A DNA stretch of 38,369 nucleotides from Acetobacteraceae bacterium (GTDB lineage Bacteria; Pseudomonadota; Alphaproteobacteria; Acetobacterales; Acetobacteraceae): contig DAICYU010000001.1 in assembly GCA_027311485.1 (NCBI GenBank), forward strand, positions 1-38,369, written 5' to 3'. Numbering within the stretch: position 1 is the first letter of the stretch; every line of letters starts with the position of its first letter. The notes below the pieces were generated by a model. The model saw only the letters and a list, made by a program, of their open reading frames with translations, made no database searches and was not told the origin of the DNA. Shown piece by piece: positions 37,429-38,369 of this stretch. The translations under genes and the position numbers were made by a program.

Positions 37429-37693
37429 CGTATGACACCTTGCTGACAGGACGGTTAGTCGTTCGTGAATGGGCGGCATAGGGTAAACCAGCGGAACGGG
37501 CAATGCCGGCAGCCAGCCGCGCCGCCGTGCAGCCGCGTGTGGTCCGGCACAATGCAAACGCCCGACGGCCGGTCGATTGCAGGGATGCGCTTTTCATTCG
37601 CGCGCCAGTCGTGGAAAACGACAACCGGATCGCCCCGGCCGGGGGCGTCGGGATCAATGCAGCGGCGGCCGGGCTGCCTCCGCCAAAGGAAAC

Positions 37694-38369
37694 ATGATGA
37701 CACAAGCGACTTACGACATTCTGGGTATCGGCAATGCCATCGTTGACGTGGTTGCGCGCGCCGAAGACGGATTTCTGTCCCGCCACGACATGCACAAGGG
37801 CGCCATGCGGCTGATCGATGCCGCTGCCGCGGACACGCTGTATGCCGCCATGCCGCCGGGGCAGGAGAGCAGCGGTGGCTCGGTTGCCAACACCTGCGCC
37901 GTCGCGGCCAGCCTCGATGCCCGTGTCGCCTACATCGGCAAGGTGGCCGACGATCAGCTCGGCGCCGTGTTCCGCCACGACATCCAGGCAGTCGGTGTGC
38001 ATTTCCCCACCGCGCCGCTGGCCGGCGGGGCGCCCACTGCGCGCTGCCTGATCCTGGTGACGCCGGACGGGCAGCGGACGATGAACACCTTCCTCGGCGC
38101 CTGCGTCTCCCTGGATGAATCCGATGTGGACCCGGCCCTGGTTGCCAGCGCCGAAGTCACCTACCTGGAAGGCTACCTGTTCGATCCGCCGGCGGCTCAG
38201 GCGGCCTTTCGCAAAGCCGCCAAGGCCGCCCATACCGCTGGCCGGCGTGTCGCGCTGTCGCTGTCCGATGCCTTCTGCGTCAATCGGCACCGGGCGGCCT
38301 TCCTCGATCTGGTCGCCAACCACGTCGACATTCTGTTCGCCAATGAAGCGGAAATCACCGCCCTGTATG
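37694..38369 (+). CDS. Adenosine kinase, PfkB family (partial, runs off the right edge)
   Basis: Not in the ORF track; hand translation gives MMTQATYDILGIGNAIVDV...GGSVANT...GKVADDQLG...TPDGQRTMNTFLGA...YLEGYLFD...LFANEAE. AAGGA RBS. Confidence 0.9.
   Translation, partial: MMTQATYDILGIGNAIVDVVARAEDGFLSRHDMHKGAMRLIDAAAADTLYAAMPPGQESSGGSVANTCAVAASLDARVAYIGKVADDQLGAVFRHDIQAVGVHFPTAPLAGGAPTARCLILVTPDGQRTMNTFLGACVSLDESDVDPALVASAEVTYLEGYLFDPPAAQAAFRKAAKAAHTAGRRVALSLSDAFCVNRHRAAFLDLVANHVDILFANEAEITALY

Noticed and set aside
37429-37693. Riboswitch (SAH/ZTP type) between the FAH gene and adenosine kinase
   Set aside because: Only a short GACTGGCG match on the minus strand; the remaining conserved elements are absent. 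An Rfam scan would settle it.

Overview
GC-rich alphaproteobacterial chromosome segment; the gene content and proteins look Acetobacteraceae/Rhodospirillales-like (inference). The left ~10 kb is housekeeping and metabolism: partial soxB, a GMC oxidoreductase, dnaA, rpsT, CDF and OFA transporters, an exported hypothetical protein, enoyl-CoA hydratase and an SDR. At 10.0-16.5 kb is a stand-alone, translationally coupled pair of a SNF2 helicase and a large N6-adenine methyltransferase, resembling DISARM class I drmD-drmMI but without drmA/B/C. At 16.5-35.9 kb is a flagellar cluster. On the minus strand it carries fliG-fliH-like-fliN-flbD-flhA-GT4 glycosyltransferase (no fliF, and FlbD lacks its receiver domain) and fliK-flgD. 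On the plus strand it carries flgE-flgK-flgL, flagellin, flbT, flaF, DUF1217, a TPR methyltransferase and a TPR GT41 (SPINDLY/OGT-like) transferase. Its regulatory sites can be read directly: CtrA boxes, divergent sigma54 promoters and an ftr enhancer. The right end has xth, an FAH-family hydrolase and a partial adenosine kinase. Best candidates for new biology are a three-enzyme flagellar glycosylation/methylation system, the orphan helicase-methyltransferase module, the receiver-less FlbD, and DUF1217 as a possible exported filament component. All calls come from motif recognition by eye; no searches were run.
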